A DNA stretch of 64,000 nucleotides from Cyanophora paradoxa CCMP329 (Eukaryota; Plantae; Glaucophyta): contig QPMI01000282.1 in NCBI GenBank assembly GCA_004431415.1, positions 1 to 64,000 on the forward strand, in the 5' to 3' direction. The notes beneath the pieces are model-generated. The model made no database searches. It saw nothing but the letters and a program-made list of their open reading frames with translations, and had not been told where the DNA came from. Positions 25,074 through 37,798 of the stretch are shown here, piece after piece. The position numbers and the translations under genes are program-made. Position 1 is the stretch's first letter; every line of letters begins with the position of its first letter.

Positions 25074-27047
25074 CTAGCCGGGCGGGTGTTCGATAGTGAC
25101 GCCGGGGAGGGAGCTCCGAATGGCCTTCAATACCCCTGGCGCCAGCGGCTTCATGCACGGAGTCTCCAGCACCAGCCTGCAGGGCGGCGCTTTAGCTTCT
25201 GAGGGGCGGGGGCGGGGCCGGGGCCGGGGCGGCACCTGGCGAGGCGGGAGGCGAGGGCGGCTGCGGCGGGCCGCGGGGGCGGCGCGAGTTCGGCGCCGCG
25301 CAGCCTCAGCTTCCGGAGGGCCGTCAGATCCGTCGCCACGCGCTGCCGGCGGCTCAACTCGACCGCGCGCGCAGGGCGGCGCGTTCGCCGGCGAGCCGCG
25401 GGCGCGAAGCGCACCGAGAGGAGGGCGGGCGGGGGGTCCCAGCTGAGCGAGAGAGTGTGGAGGCGCGTCAGGGAGGCCAGCGAGGCGTCCTGCATCTTTT
25501 TAAAGTACAGCTGGGGCGCGTGCAGGTTCAGGGCCTGCGCGGGCGCCGGCTCGTGAGGGGTACGCGGTCCAAGCGGGGCCGAGAGAGGCGCAGGAGGGGA
25601 CCTCCAGGCGGGTGAGGCGGGGCAGAACCTCGTCCAGCTCGCCGCGCCTCCCGAAGGGCGTGTTGTGCTCGAACTCGAAGTTGAGGTCGAGGGTCCGCAG
25701 GCCGCCCGCGAGCGCCGGCGCCAGCAGCGCCCTGATGCGCACGTCCTGAAGAGGAACGGATCCGTCAGAGACGCGCGCGCGGGCGCGCGGGCGGGCGGGT
25801 GGCGCCGCGGGCTTGCACCGAGATGAAGTTGAGGCTGAGGTGCCGGAGGTCGGGCAGCTTGGACACGAACTCCGTGCTCGAGACGGGGAGCTCGAGGTGC
25901 AGCGCTGCGCCCGGCGCGCCCGGCCGTCAGCTCGGAGGGCGGGGCGTCGCGCGCGTCAGCTGCGGCGCGCACACTGGAGCTCGGTGAGGGCTGCGATGGG
26001 CCGGAGCATGGAAGCGTTGGCCACCTGGCCGTCCGTCCTCTCCTCCTCCTCGTCCTCCTCATCGAACTCGTCGTCGTCGTCGTCGTCGTTCAGCTCGTCG
26101 TTCTCCCAGAAGAACGCACGGAGGCGCTGGAGGCGCCGGAGGCCGCCGAGGGCCGCGAGGATCGCGCAGACGTCGCCCGGGGCGGACGAGCTGAACTCCG
26201 CCCGCAGGGCCGCGAGCGCGGGGCAGGAGGCGGCGAGGGCGCGGAGGGTGGCGGCGGAGAGGGAGAAGCCGCCGATCTCGAGCTCCGTGAGACGCGGGAG
26301 GCTGGCGATGGCTGCGATCGAACCGTTGGCGGCAGCGAGGGCTGCTTTCCCTTCCCGAGACTCCTCTTCCTCCGAGGACAGCGGGACGCCGATCTTCACG
26401 CGAAGGGAGCGCAGGGCCCGCATGCGCGCGAGCAGGCCGAGAGATCGCACTGGCGCGAACAGGAGGGTGCCCGGGACGACGAGATCGAGCTCCTCGAGGC
26501 CCGCGGTGAGCGCCGCGTCGGCCGTGAGCGCCCGCAGCGCGCTGCCGCTCTCCGATGGAAACAGGGGAAGGACGAGCCGCAGCGCCCGCACGCCACGCCG
26601 GGCCTCCTCCCGCAGGCCCGCCAGCCACGCGAGCTGCGGACTGGAGTCCTTGCACATGTCCAGCGATGCTCCCTCCTCCCGCATTAGCTGCGCTACAACC
26701 TGCTCTTGAGACATCCCAGCCACCTTCTCGCGATCGCTGTCGCTGACTTCCGCCGGTCGCTTGTCCTTGCTCGCATCTAGAAAGAGCCGCTGCCAGGCGA
26801 CGCCCTCGTCGAGGGCTCGCTTGAACGCGCGGCACACGCTGCTAAGCTGTAGCCTCAGCGCTCGCTCTGGGTTGATGTAAGGCGGCCCGGCGAGCTCCTT
26901 TGCGCACGCATCCGCTTCCAGATCGCCCCGGCACAGCGGCGGCGCGGTGACCGCAGCCTGCGAGGCGGCGGCCTCGCACACAATGCGCGCCAGCACATCG
27001 CCCGGCAGCCGGAGCAGCGGGCAGTCGTCCTGCTGCGATTCGGACAT
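25074..27047 (-). CDS. F-box/LRR-repeat protein, tandem copy A
   Basis: N-terminal PLLRLPGDVLARIV F-box motif; LRR-like LPRLTELEI, CPALAALRA, LTRLHTLSL; last exon LVLETP...HPPG*. Confidence 0.8.
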
Positions 27048-27395
27048 TCTATCTATTTAGAACTAGCTATAGTAACTGATTCACACGCGCATAACTAGAA
27101 CAAGCACTTCCCGCGGTGCGCGCTCTTTGCATTCGCGTACCCCCAGCCGGAGGCTAGCCTGGCTAGAGGCGGCCGCGCGCGGCGGCGCCGGCGGGTGCCG
27201 GCGCTAGCGCTGTTCAGCTATAGCTAGCGCTTGCTATTGCAGCTAGTTCAGTGCACGTGCGCGTGCCGCAGTGCGGGGCCGCCCGCGACGATCTGCACTG
27301 GCATCGATATCTTGATAAATTAAAGCCTACTATAGCTAGCCCTAGCTCTGTACACTGCATCGTAATCTAGCATAATCGAAATTGACATCTCCGCG

Positions 27396-29446
27396 CTAAA
27401 CGGCCGTGTACTCGACGGGGACGCCCGGGAGGGCGGCCTTGAACGCCTCGAGCGCCGCGGGCGCCAGCCGCTTCCTGCGCGGAGTCTCCAGCACCAGCCT
27501 GCGGGGCGACGCTTAAGCTTCTGAGGGGCGCGGGCGGGGCCGGGGCCGGGAGCGGCACCTGGCGAGGCGGGAGGCGAGCGCGGCGGCGGCGGGCGGCGAG
27601 GGCGGCGCGAGGGCGGCGCCGCGCAGCTTCAGCTCCCGAAGCGTCGTCAGCTCCGTCGCCACACGCTGCCAGCGGCTGAGCGAGGCGGGCCGGCGCGCGG
27701 GCTGCAAGCCCTGCGAGCGGTCGCGAGCGCACCAAGAAGAGGGCGGCTGGGGGCTCCCAGCCGAGCGAGAGGACCCGCAGGCGGCTCAGCGGGGCCAGCG
27801 GGGCGCCGGCGAGCACCTCGAGGTACGGCTCGGGCGCCTGCAGACCGAGGGCCTGCGCGCCTGCGCGTGAGGGGTACGCGCACAGCGCCCGGGGAGGAGG
27901 CGGGGAACCTCGAGGCGGGTGAGGAGGGGTACGACCTCGTCCAGCCGCCCGGGCCGCCCGTCCCCCTCGTGCTCGAAGCCGAAGTTGAGCTGGAGCGTCC
28001 GCAGGCCGCCGGCGAGCGCCGGCGCGGCCAGCGGGCGCACGTCGACGTCCTGCGAGCGACGGCGCGTCACGCTCGGAGGCGCTCGGCGGTCCAGTGCCGA
28101 CGAGCGCGGCGCACGGAGCCGAAGCTGAGGCTGAGGTGCTCGAGGCCGGGCAGCTTGGACACGAACTCCGTGCTCGAGACGGGGAGCTCCAGGTGCAGCG
28201 CTGCGCCCGGCGCGCAGTCAGAGGAGGATGGGGAGCTCCAGGTGCAGCCCGGAGCAGGCGAAGGGGGAGCAGGGAAGAGGGGCGCGGCGCGGCGCGGAGC
28301 GCACACTGGAGCTCGGTGAGGGAGGCGAGGGGCCGGAGGGCGGCAGAGTCCGCTCGAAGCGGGTCGAACGCGTCGTCGTCGCTGAAGTTCGCAGAGAGGC
28401 GGCGGAGGCGCCGGAGGCCTCCCATCGCCTCGAGGAGCGCGCGGACGTCGCCGGGCGCGGACGGGCTGAACTCCGCCCGCAGGGCCGTGAGCGCGGGGCA
28501 GGAGGCGGCGACGGCGCGGACGGTGGCGGCGGAGAGGGAGAAGCCGCCGATCTCGAGCTCCGCGAGACGCGGAAGGCTGGCGATGGCCACGATCGAATCG
28601 TTGGCGGCTGCGACGGCCGTTTTCGCTTTGCCGCTGTCTTCCTCGCTCGGCTCCATTGGCGAGCCCACGGAGAAGCGGAGGGAGCGCAGGGCCCGCATGC
28701 TCGCGAGGAGGCGGAGCGATTTCAGCGGCGCGAAGAAAAGGTTCCCCGGAGCGACGAGGTCGAGCTCCTCGAGGCCCGCGGCGAGCGCCGCGTCGGCCGT
28801 GAGCGCCCGCAGCGCGCTGGCGCTTTGCGACGGCCATTTGGGGAGGACGAATCGAATCGCCCGCACGCGCCGCCGCGTCTCCTCCCGAAGGCCCGCCAGC
28901 CACGCGAGCTGCAGGCCGGAGTCCTTGAGCATGCCGGGGTCGATGCGCATGTCGGCGGCGGCGGCCGCGGCCGGCGCCGCTCCCTCAACCTGGGCCTCGG
29001 CGGGCTCCTCCTGCATAAACTGCAATTGCAGTAGCTCCTGCTACCGGGTCATCGCGGCCGCCTTGAGAAAGCGCGGCAGGAACGAGGCTCACGCGTGCGC
29101 TGTCGTTGAACATCGAAGAGAGGAGAAGGACGAAGAAAGTCGCATCCGCAGATTCGGCCGTCGTCTCCTTGTGGTCGAGAAAGAGCCGCTGCCAGGCCAC
29201 GCCCTCGTCGAGGACCCGCTTGAACGCACGGCATACACTGCTAAGCTGCAGCCTCAGCGCTCGCTCTGGGTTGATGTAAGGCGGCCCGGCGAGCTCCTTT
29301 GCGCACGCATCCGCTTCCAGATCGCCCCGGCACAGAGGCGGCGCGGTGACCGCAGCCTGCGAGGCGGCGGCCTCGCACACGATGCGCGCCAGCACATCGC
29401 CCGGCAGCCGGAGCAGCGGGCAGTCGTCCTGCTGCGGCTGGAGCAT
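27396..29446 (-). CDS. F-box/LRR-repeat protein, tandem copy B
   Basis: Near-identical first ~85 codons to copy A, same LRR exons and intron positions; last exon LVLETP...YTAV*. Confidence 0.8.
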
Positions 29447-29809
29447 CCCAGCTAGCTATAGCTGACTGAGCGCATGACCGACGTCGACCAGTTCACTTAA
29501 GCTTGCCCCTACCCCGGCCCCCGGCGCCGCCGCGCCGGCCTCGGGGCCGGCCTTTCCTCAGGGCGTCAGCGCACTGGCCCCGCATGCGCAGACGGCTCGT
29601 CCGCATGCAAAAGAGGCGTCTGGCTGCTGCACTGTGATCGTTGAATTATTCATCAAGAGATTGAAAGACCTAGCTCTAGCTCTACACTTGTACACTGCGT
29701 GAAATGCGCAGGAAAACCATCGTGAAACGCGCAAGGAAACAAGCAACGCATGAAAGTTACTCTACAAGGGGAGCCGCTGGCAAGCAGGCGGCCGGGCGGC
29801 GGCCGCGCC

Positions 29810-30986
29810 TCATCCCGCGCCCAGCGCGATCTGCTCTCGGGACTCTCTCCTCCTGACTCCGCAGGCGGGAAACGCGTCCGCTCCCGTCCGCACCCCAGCG
29901 CTCGCCTCGCCCGACTCGCCGTCCGTGTCCGTCTCTGTGTCGCTCTCGCTGCCGCCGCCGCCGCCGCCGGGCGCCGCCACCGCCGCCGCCGCCGCCATCG
30001 CCGCTGCTGCCGCCGCCACCGCTGTTGCTGCTGCCGCCGCCCGCCCGTTGCCCTCGCGCTTGATGACGATGCCGTTGGGCATGGGTACGATGCTGGGGCC
30101 GGCGGCCGCGCGCTGCTGTTCCCTCTGCTGCTCCCGCTGCCTCGCCCGCGCCAGCTCCGACCGCAGCACCCTGACTTCCTCCTCCAGCCTCGACCGCTCC
30201 TGCCTCTCTACGCCCAGCAGCTCCTGGACCTGCGCCGGCGCGTTCGTTCGAGCCCGGGAGCGCCCACCGGCCGCAGGTGCGGGGGACGAGACCGGACCTT
30301 GTATCTGCGGCGAGCGGGGGTGAGGCGCGCGGGCGCGGCGGGGCGGGGCGTGGCGGGCGCCGCGGCGCGCACCGGCTCTCTTCTTCCGTCCGCAGTCGCG
30401 ACGCAAGGGCGCGGACTTCAGAGTCGGCCCGCGGCCTCTGCGCGGGGCGGTTCGGCGGCGCGCGCGGCGAGGGGCGGAGTGGGGCGCACGGGGTCGGATT
30501 CGTGGTTGTGAGAGGAGGCGGCGAGCTGGGCGGCGGCGGAGGCTCGGAAGGCATCGAGGCCCTGAGCCGGCGGGGAGGTCAGCTGCGGGGCGGCCCGGGG
30601 AGGGCGGCGGTGGGAGGTGGCGCGCGCACGGAGGCGAGGGCGCGGGCGAGGCGGGCGAGGCGGCGGGCGAGGGCGAGGGCGCTAGGGGGGTTCCGGGCCT
30701 GCATGTGGAGCAGCGCCTCAAACTCGCTGTCCGGCAGGGCCAGCAGCCCGAGGCCGCAGCGGCCCCCCGCACCCGCCTCGCCCCGGGCGCTCGGGCCGCC
30801 CTCGCTCTGACCCGACGCGTCATCCCCCTCTTCGTCGTCCCCCGCGGAGCGCCCACCCCGGCCCCGCCCGCCCTCGCTCCGAGACCGCTTCCTCCCGGCC
30901 TCGCGCCGAGAGACACTGCTGCTGCGCCCTCGGGGGGATGTTGGCGCGGCCTCTGCTGCTGCAGCGGCCGACGTCAAGGCATCCAT
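29810..30986 (-). CDS. Hypothetical coiled-coil protein
   Basis: MDALTSAAA start; VQELLGVERQERSRLEEEVRVLRSELARAR heptads; short introns. Confidence 0.5.
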
Positions 30987-31117
30987 TCCGCCCCTTCCGG
31001 ACGAGCCAAAGTGCTGCGCCGGCGCCGCGAGGTCAGGCGCATGCACGCGAGACAACGCGTGCGCGCGGCCTGCGGACCCTGGCGTCGGGCTCTTCCGTCT
31101 CATCTCGGGGTCGATCC

Positions 31118-32206
31118 TCAACCGAGTCTGGAAAGGAATAACGCGGTACTGTGAGCAGGCGCACGGTTAGAGAGGCGGACCGACGGCGTCATAGTGAAAT
31201 CGCTAAATGTCTCGGGAAAACGGCATGAGCGCGGCCTTCTGGGCTGACAGAAAGCTCTATTTGGATGTGCAGCAGGTTGCAAACCGTAGTCCGTGTCGAT
31301 CGTGGTGTCTGGATCGTGAGCGCAGGCCTGTGCAATCGCGTTGTCATACTGGCTCTGCGCGCCAGCTCGGTGAGCGCTGAATGAGCGTGTGAATAAGCAC
31401 AAGCATGCTTGCCTGCATCTTTTTCAACACTCGCTGCGGGAGGCAGGCGCGATGCGCAGGCTGGTGAGCGCGGCGAAGGTGGGAGCCAGAGAAGATGAGA
31501 GCAGGTACCTTTGCAAACTCGTCAGTCCTGCCGTTAAAGATCCAGCAATTGCCTGTGCGCGCGTTGATCCACGATCTGCGCAGGCGTAGCGGTCAGCGGC
31601 AAGAAGTGCGGTCAACATGATAAGACCAAGGGTTGGAGATCGGGGCTTAAGCGCCGCTACGAGCAAGATCAAACAAAGACACTTACACCTGGCCAGTGCC
31701 GTACCTGCGCAGATGCGGGCGGAAGGGAGATCCGGCGGTCAGGGATGTTTGCAGAACGGAGAATCCGAACCGCGAGAGAACGCGGCACGGGGGAAGGAGG
31801 AAAAGAGACAGAAGTGTAAATAACGATGAATCTTAAACGCGCGAACGAACCATTGCACGAGGAAGTGAGAGTCGCTTCCTCTCGATCTGGGCCGGTTGGG
31901 GACGTCGGTCCCGATGACGTCTCTGTGGGCATCGGGGTCCCGAACGATGCAAGGCCACGCCGGGTAGCCGCTGAGCTGCACCCACAACTTCGTATTCGGC
32001 GCTGGGCATATTTCGGACGGCAGCTTGTGAGGCACTTCGGCCTCCTGTGCCATCGCCCTCGACTGCGCGGCGCGCATCGTGAGCAGCGCGTATCGGGCGG
32101 GGGCGGCGCGGTCAAACAAGCGCGGGCGAACCTTTTTTCGACGGTCTGGGTACAGGAGAAAATCGACCAATTCGTAGATCGCCAGCCGACCAGCGGGGTT
32201 GGCCAT
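31118..32206 (-). CDS. PWWP-domain protein
   Basis: KLWVQLSGYPAWPCIV...HFLVQWF, then SWIN..., and helix YDNAIAQA, matching PWWP-domain order. Start may instead be the ATG at ~32053. Confidence 0.75.
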
Positions 32207-32221
32207 AAAAGGTTGGCGGCG

Positions 32222-34957
32222 ATGCACGCGTTCTGCGCCGTCCCCGCCGGGGCACTCGTGCGGCGCCGGCTGGCCTTCTTCTCCGGTGAGCTGCAGCCAG
32301 CAAGCGCAATCAGACGGGAGCGGTGGCCGCGGCAAGAGAGGTCGATGATCATGGTCAGCAGCGCGCCCGCCACAGACGAGCGCGCCGGCTCCGGAGCGGC
32401 GGAAAGACCCGACACCAACGATAGGCGCGACGGCTCTCGGTATCTCGTCGACGGTTTCGCGCCGGTTCGTGCATCCGCGCCGCGAGCCGGCGCGCCCTCT
32501 CCCGGACGCGCGCCACTAAGACGTACGCAGGTCATGAGAGAGGTGCAGGGGGAGAACCTGAAGGTCATTGGCGAGCTGCCCCGCGATCTGAACGGTGAGC
32601 TTTTTGCTGACTCAGCTGGCTCGGCCTCTCGCCCGCTCCGATGAGAGAGCTCGAGCGCCCGGCGGTGTCGAACGTGTAGCACGTGCACTTGCGCCCGCTG
32701 ACGAGTACGCGTGCGGTCCGCGCGCGCGCAGGGGTATACCTGCGAAACGGGCCGAACCCAGCGTTCCCCACGAAGCCCTACCACTGGTTCGACGGAGACG
32801 GGCACCTTCACGCGGTCCGCTTCGCCGCAGGCGAGGCTTCCTACTCGAACCGGTACCCCGCCCCCGCCCCCGCCCCCACCCCCGCCTGGGCCCCTGGCCC
32901 GCCCTCGACCGACGCCCCGCCCGAAGCTTCGTGAGGACGAGGGGGTACGAGATGGAGCGGGCGGCGGGGCGGGCCCTGTGGGAGTCTTTCATCGGGCAGG
33001 AGTCGCTGGGCCCCGGGGGCATGTTGCGGGCCCTTGGGGGCGCCCTCCGCACGGGCGAAATCGCCAAGAACGCCGCCAACACGTCCGTCGTGCACCACCA
33101 CGGGAGAACGTTCGCCCTCTGGGAGGCAGGCGCGCGTCTCTGTCTTCGGGGCGCGCGCGATCTTCTCACACTCGCAGCTTCGCAGGCCCGCCTACGGAGA
33201 TGCGGCTCCGCCGCGGGGCGCGCTCGGCAGTGGATTTTGAGACTGTCGGACCCTACAGCTTCGCGGGGCAAGGCTGGAACGGTCCGCCCCTGTACCCCCC
33301 GACGCACCTTGCCCCCGCGCGCGCCTGAGGCGGGGCGGGGGGGTAGGCCCCTTCACCGCGCACCCGAAGGTGGATCCCGTCACAGGGGAGATGATCGCGA
33401 TCGTGCGCGCCCCGCTCGGATTCGATCGAGGGGTCGGGGGGGGGTACCGACCGACCGGGCGCAGGGGTACGGCAACTTCCCGGGGCCCTTCGTCTCGCAC
33501 GGCGTCGTCGGGCCGGACGGACGGTGCGGCGTGGGCGGTCCCAAAGGGTCGCCGCGACGCGCAGCGTCGCGCAGCGCCGCCGCTGAAACCGGCCACGCCC
33601 GGCGGCAGCGTCACGCACCAGACGCGCGTGGAGGTGGCTGGCCAGCCCATGATCGTGCGTACCCCGTGCTTAACGGTGTACCCACCCTTCCAACGTCCTG
33701 CTCCCAGCACGACTTCGCGATCACGGAGCGCTACAGCATCATCCCCGACCTGGTACCCCGGTACCCCTATCGCAATCACGTACCCCTCCGATGTGGTCTG
33801 CCGGCGGCAGCCGTTCCTTATCGACCTTGGCGCCGGCTTCGCGGGCCGGCCGCACCTCTACTTTGACGCGGGGCGGCCCGCCCGCTTCGGCGTCTTGCCC
33901 CGGCGCGCCCCCGGCTCGGAGATCCGGTGCGCTGCCGCCATGCTTCTTTCCGCGTACCCCCCTCCCCTCCGTCTGAGCCATCTGATCCGAAGGTGGTTCG
34001 AGGCGCCTTCCTGCTTCGTCTTCCACTTCCTGAACGGTGCGCCGGGCCGGGTGGGCGGGCGGCAGGACCCGGGATCGAATCCCGAAGCCCGCATTGAGGG
34101 AACTCGCCGCCCCCGCAGCCTACGAGGAGGGCGACGAGGTCGTCGTCGTCGGGTGCAGGTCCGGTACCCCCTCCACTGCGCCCCTTTCTCCCTCCTGAAC
34201 GCCGTACCCCCAGGTACCGGAGCATGGACCTGCAGATGATCGCGGACGCGGGGGACCGGGACCGGGGCGCCCAGCTCCACGAGTGGCGCCTCGACCTCGC
34301 CTCGGGCGCGGTGCGCGCTCGCTGGCTTTGCGGCCAGGTCGCTTTTAAGCTTGGCGTTGTCTTTCGGTTGAGGGGCGTACCCCCGCGCAGGTCCGGGAGC
34401 GGCAGCTCGACCCCTCGACGACCGAGTACCCCATCGTGTCTCCCGCCGTCGCCGGCCGGCCCTTCCGGTGGCGTACCCCCCTCCCCTTTTGCACCTGTTT
34501 CTGAAGTTCTCTTACCCGCTCTCTCTGAAGGTACGGGTACCTTGCGAGGACGAACCCGCGGCTCACGAAGATCGTGGGGGTACGGAAAGTGGACCTGCAG
34601 GCGGGTACCGCCGACGAGCATATGTTCGAGCCCGGCCTCTACGCCGGAGAGCCCCTCTTCGTACCCCGACCGGACGGTCCGCCCCTGTACCCCCCTGCCC
34701 CGCCTTCCCCCGCCTGAAGGGGCCGCAGGGACGGCGGAGGACGATGGGTACGTCATTACGCTCGCCCACGACGACTCCCGGGAGACCTCTGAGGTCCGCG
34801 CCGCCGAGAAAGCCGTACCCCCGCCCCCGAATCTCACTACCCCCCTCCCCAGGCGCTGGTGTACGACGCGGGGCGTGTGGCGGCGGGCCCCGTGGCGCGC
34901 GTGCAGCTGCCGAACCGCGTCCCGTACGGCTTCCACGGCACTTTTGTCCCCGAGTAG
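32222..34957 (+). CDS. Carotenoid cleavage oxygenase (RPE65/CCD family), probably plastid-targeted
   Basis: GELPRDLNG-VYLRNGPNP, YHWFDGDG, NAANTSVVHH and the four iron-ligand His motifs FTAHPK, MIHDF, FVFHFLN, PYGFHG; EDDGYVI; N-terminal MHAFCAVP transit-like peptide. Confidence 0.93.
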
Positions 34958-35196
34958 CTTAGCTTTACCGCCTGCGCTCCACGTCCATCGAATCAATTCT
35001 CCACTCTCAATTCCCGCGCACCCCAGGCCTTTCCCCGGCCTGGCCCCGGCCCCAGCCCCTCTCTCTTGTTCGCTATCCGGGATCCCAAGCTTTCTAGCTC
35101 CGGTCCTCTTGCTGTCGAAACGTCCTGCTTGCAATGCACTGTACAGTTGTGTGGCTACACGTCTACGCCTGCCCAGAGCTCGGCGCCGGCCCAGGC

Positions 35197-36042
35197 CTAG
35201 GCGCGGCTGGCCCAGACGTCGCGCACGGCATCCTTCCGCTGCTGCTTCTCCGCCTCCTCCCGCTCCCGCTTCAGCTGCACCTGCGCGCCGCGCCGCGTCA
35301 CGCGCGCAGGCGAAGCGCCGGCGTGCGGCGTGCGCGCGCGCGCACGTCGCGCTCCCGCTTTGCGAGCGCCTCGGCCTCGCGCTGCGCCTCCTCGTCCCGC
35401 GCCCGTTGCTCCGCCGCCATCCTCTCCTGCCGCTTGCGCTGCCGGCGCGAGGCGCCGCTCGGTCACGCGAGGAAGGGGCGCGGAGGGCCCCGCGGATCAA
35501 ATCGGACCTCGAGCTCCCGCATGTTCTCCTCCCGCCTGTGCTCGGCCGCCTCGGCGATTGCGTCCCTGTTCGGCCGGCGCGTCGCCCCCGGCCTCGCCTC
35601 TCCGCCTGCGCGCGCGTCCCAATGAGAGAAGCCGGAAAGCGGAGCGGAGCGGAGGTCCAGGACGCTGTCAACCGAGCGCACGTACCGAGCCTGTGGCCTG
35701 CGTCGATTCCTGGCGCCCGTGCGTCCATGCTCCGGCTTCTGTCTGATGTCTTAGAATGCAGCCAAGCGCTCGCCGCTGCGGTTTCCGACCTGCTCGGCCC
35801 CGCTGCTGCGCCGCCTCGCGCCCCTCTTCCCGCGCCGGCCGCCGCCGCTGCTCCTCGGCTCGTAGATCTTCCTCTCCCCGCTCCCGCTCCTCCTCGTGCT
35901 GCGCCGCCCCTCGCTGCTGGCGCAACTGCTGGTTCTGGTTCGGGCACCTCGTCAGCGGCGCGTAAGGGTCCCTGCATGGTCGCGGGAAGCGCGTACGTTG
36001 CACGAGCGATCGCGTGGGCCTCGCCGGAGCCGCCCTGCTCAT
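35197..36042 (-). CDS. Hypothetical charged coiled-coil protein
   Basis: Exons RDAIAEAAEHRREENMRELE, RQRKRQERMAAEQRARDEEAQRE and QVQLKREREEAEKQQRK. 5' structure uncertain. Confidence 0.45.
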
Positions 36043-36079
36043 TCAAGCGAAGCTGAGGCGGGTACAAGCAAAAGCCAGC

Positions 36080-37798
36080 ATGTTCGTGCCGCCGGCCCCA
36101 GCAGCGGCGTCAGTGCGCTCGCGCTCTTTCTACGGCTTCGGGCGTCATGTGCTCCGGATACGCAGCGCCCCCGCGGTCGGCCGGACGAGCAGCGCCGGGC
36201 ACCCAGCGCCGGGCGGGAAGAGCTCTCCTGGCAGCGCGCCGTCGTCGAGGATCCGGATAGCTTTCACAGCTGAGCTGTCGTCAGGCGGGTCGAGCCCGTC
36301 CGACGACGGCCGGCGGCGGCCCACAGCGCAGCGCGACGCGGCGGCCGCGGCGGCCGAGCCTGCAGCAGCGCGCGCGCGCGCAGTCGTCACGAGGAGGGCG
36401 ATGGTGGGCTTGATCGCTGCATCCGGAGCGGCCCTGCCCCGCGCCGCCTCCGCCGCCGGCGTGCGTCCCCGCATCTTTCACGTGCCGGCTTCGCCGCAGC
36501 TGAGCGGGCGGGGGAGGCAGGGTGAGGACGTCCTCGCGGGCGCGACGTACCCAAAGGAATGGCCCTACGACGAGCGCGACTTCGAGCGGTGCTCCGCGCC
36601 GCCCCCGCGCTCGGGCGCGCGCTCCTTCTCAGCGGCGCTCGGCGGCCTCCGGCAGGTACGACGAGACCGAGGACGCGGCGTTCTACTCGCTGCCGCGCTT
36701 CGTGGAGCACATCGACGACGGCGCCATCGCCGCCCTCGTCGCGTTCTACTCCGCCTGGCTCCCCAAGGGCGCGCCCCGCCGGCCCCGTACCCGTACCCCC
36801 CTTGCCCCTGGCCCGAACGCGCCGGCCGCAGGCGGCGACGTGCTCGACATCTGCAGCTCCTGGACCTCCCACTTCCCCCCAGGGTAGCCCGTTGCTTAGC
36901 CCCCCCACCCCCCACCCCCCCACCCTCTTCTCAAGTACCCCCTCAGCTACGCCGCGGCGGGCGACCGCGCCACGCGACGGGTGCGATCCCCCAAAAGCCC
37001 TCCGATGCCTTCGCCTTCCCCTCACGCGCCGCACGCCGCAGATCTCGGGCATGGGTCCGCGTGTACCCCCCTAACCCCACGGCCCAGGGGCCGAAGGGCC
37101 GGGGGGTACGTGCGCAGGGATGAACGAGGCGGAGCTGAAGGCGAACGGCGACCTGACGGACTTCGTCGTGCGCGACCTGAACGTGGACCCCTCCCTCCCC
37201 TACCCCGACGCCTCCTTCGACGCCGTGGTACCCCCCTTGAGCTCCCGAACGATTTCGAAGAGCTCCCGCACACGTACCCCTCCCGCAGACGTGCGTGGTA
37301 TCCGTGGACTACCTCACGCGGCCGCTGGAGGTGTTCCGAGAGGTCGCCCGCGTCCTCCGCCCCGGCGGGCGCGCCGCCATGGTGTAAGCGCGCGTACCCC
37401 CTGTCGCAGATCTTTCGCTTACCCCCTCCCCTGCAGGTACAGCAACCGGGTCTTCCAGACAAAGGCGGTATCCCTCTGGCTCCAGACGGGCGACCTCGAG
37501 CACGCGCGGTTCGCGTACCCCCCCACCCCGCCCCCCACCCTCCACCCCACCCCACCCCATTCCGTGCCAAACCCCCTGGCCCTTTTTTCGCCAACTAGGA
37601 TCATCGGCTCGTTCTTCCATTACGCCGGGGGGTACGACCTCCTCCCCCTCGTCCACCCGCGCCCTGTTGATCCATCTGCAAATGCCCCCGGGCAGGTTCG
37701 AGCCCGCGTCCTTCCGGGACTTCTCGCCGCGGAACCTGCTGGGGCGCCGGTCTGGGGACCCCCTCTACGTCGTTACGGCCCGGCGAGCCCTCGCCTGA
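36080..37798 (+). CDS. SAM-dependent methyltransferase (type 11, plastid/cyanobacterial family) with bipartite transit peptide
   Basis: FYSLPRFVEHIDD, VLDICSSWTSHFP, GMNEAELKAN, LPYPDASFDAV, VSVDYLTRPLEVFREVARVLRPGG, SNRVFQTKA, GDPLYVV. Confidence 0.9.

Noticed and set aside
33818-36067. Long Arg/Gly/Ala/Pro-rich ORFs (749 aa, 610 aa and many similar)
   Set aside because: Shadow frames from stop-codon scarcity in GC-rich DNA, overlapping identifiable spliced genes.
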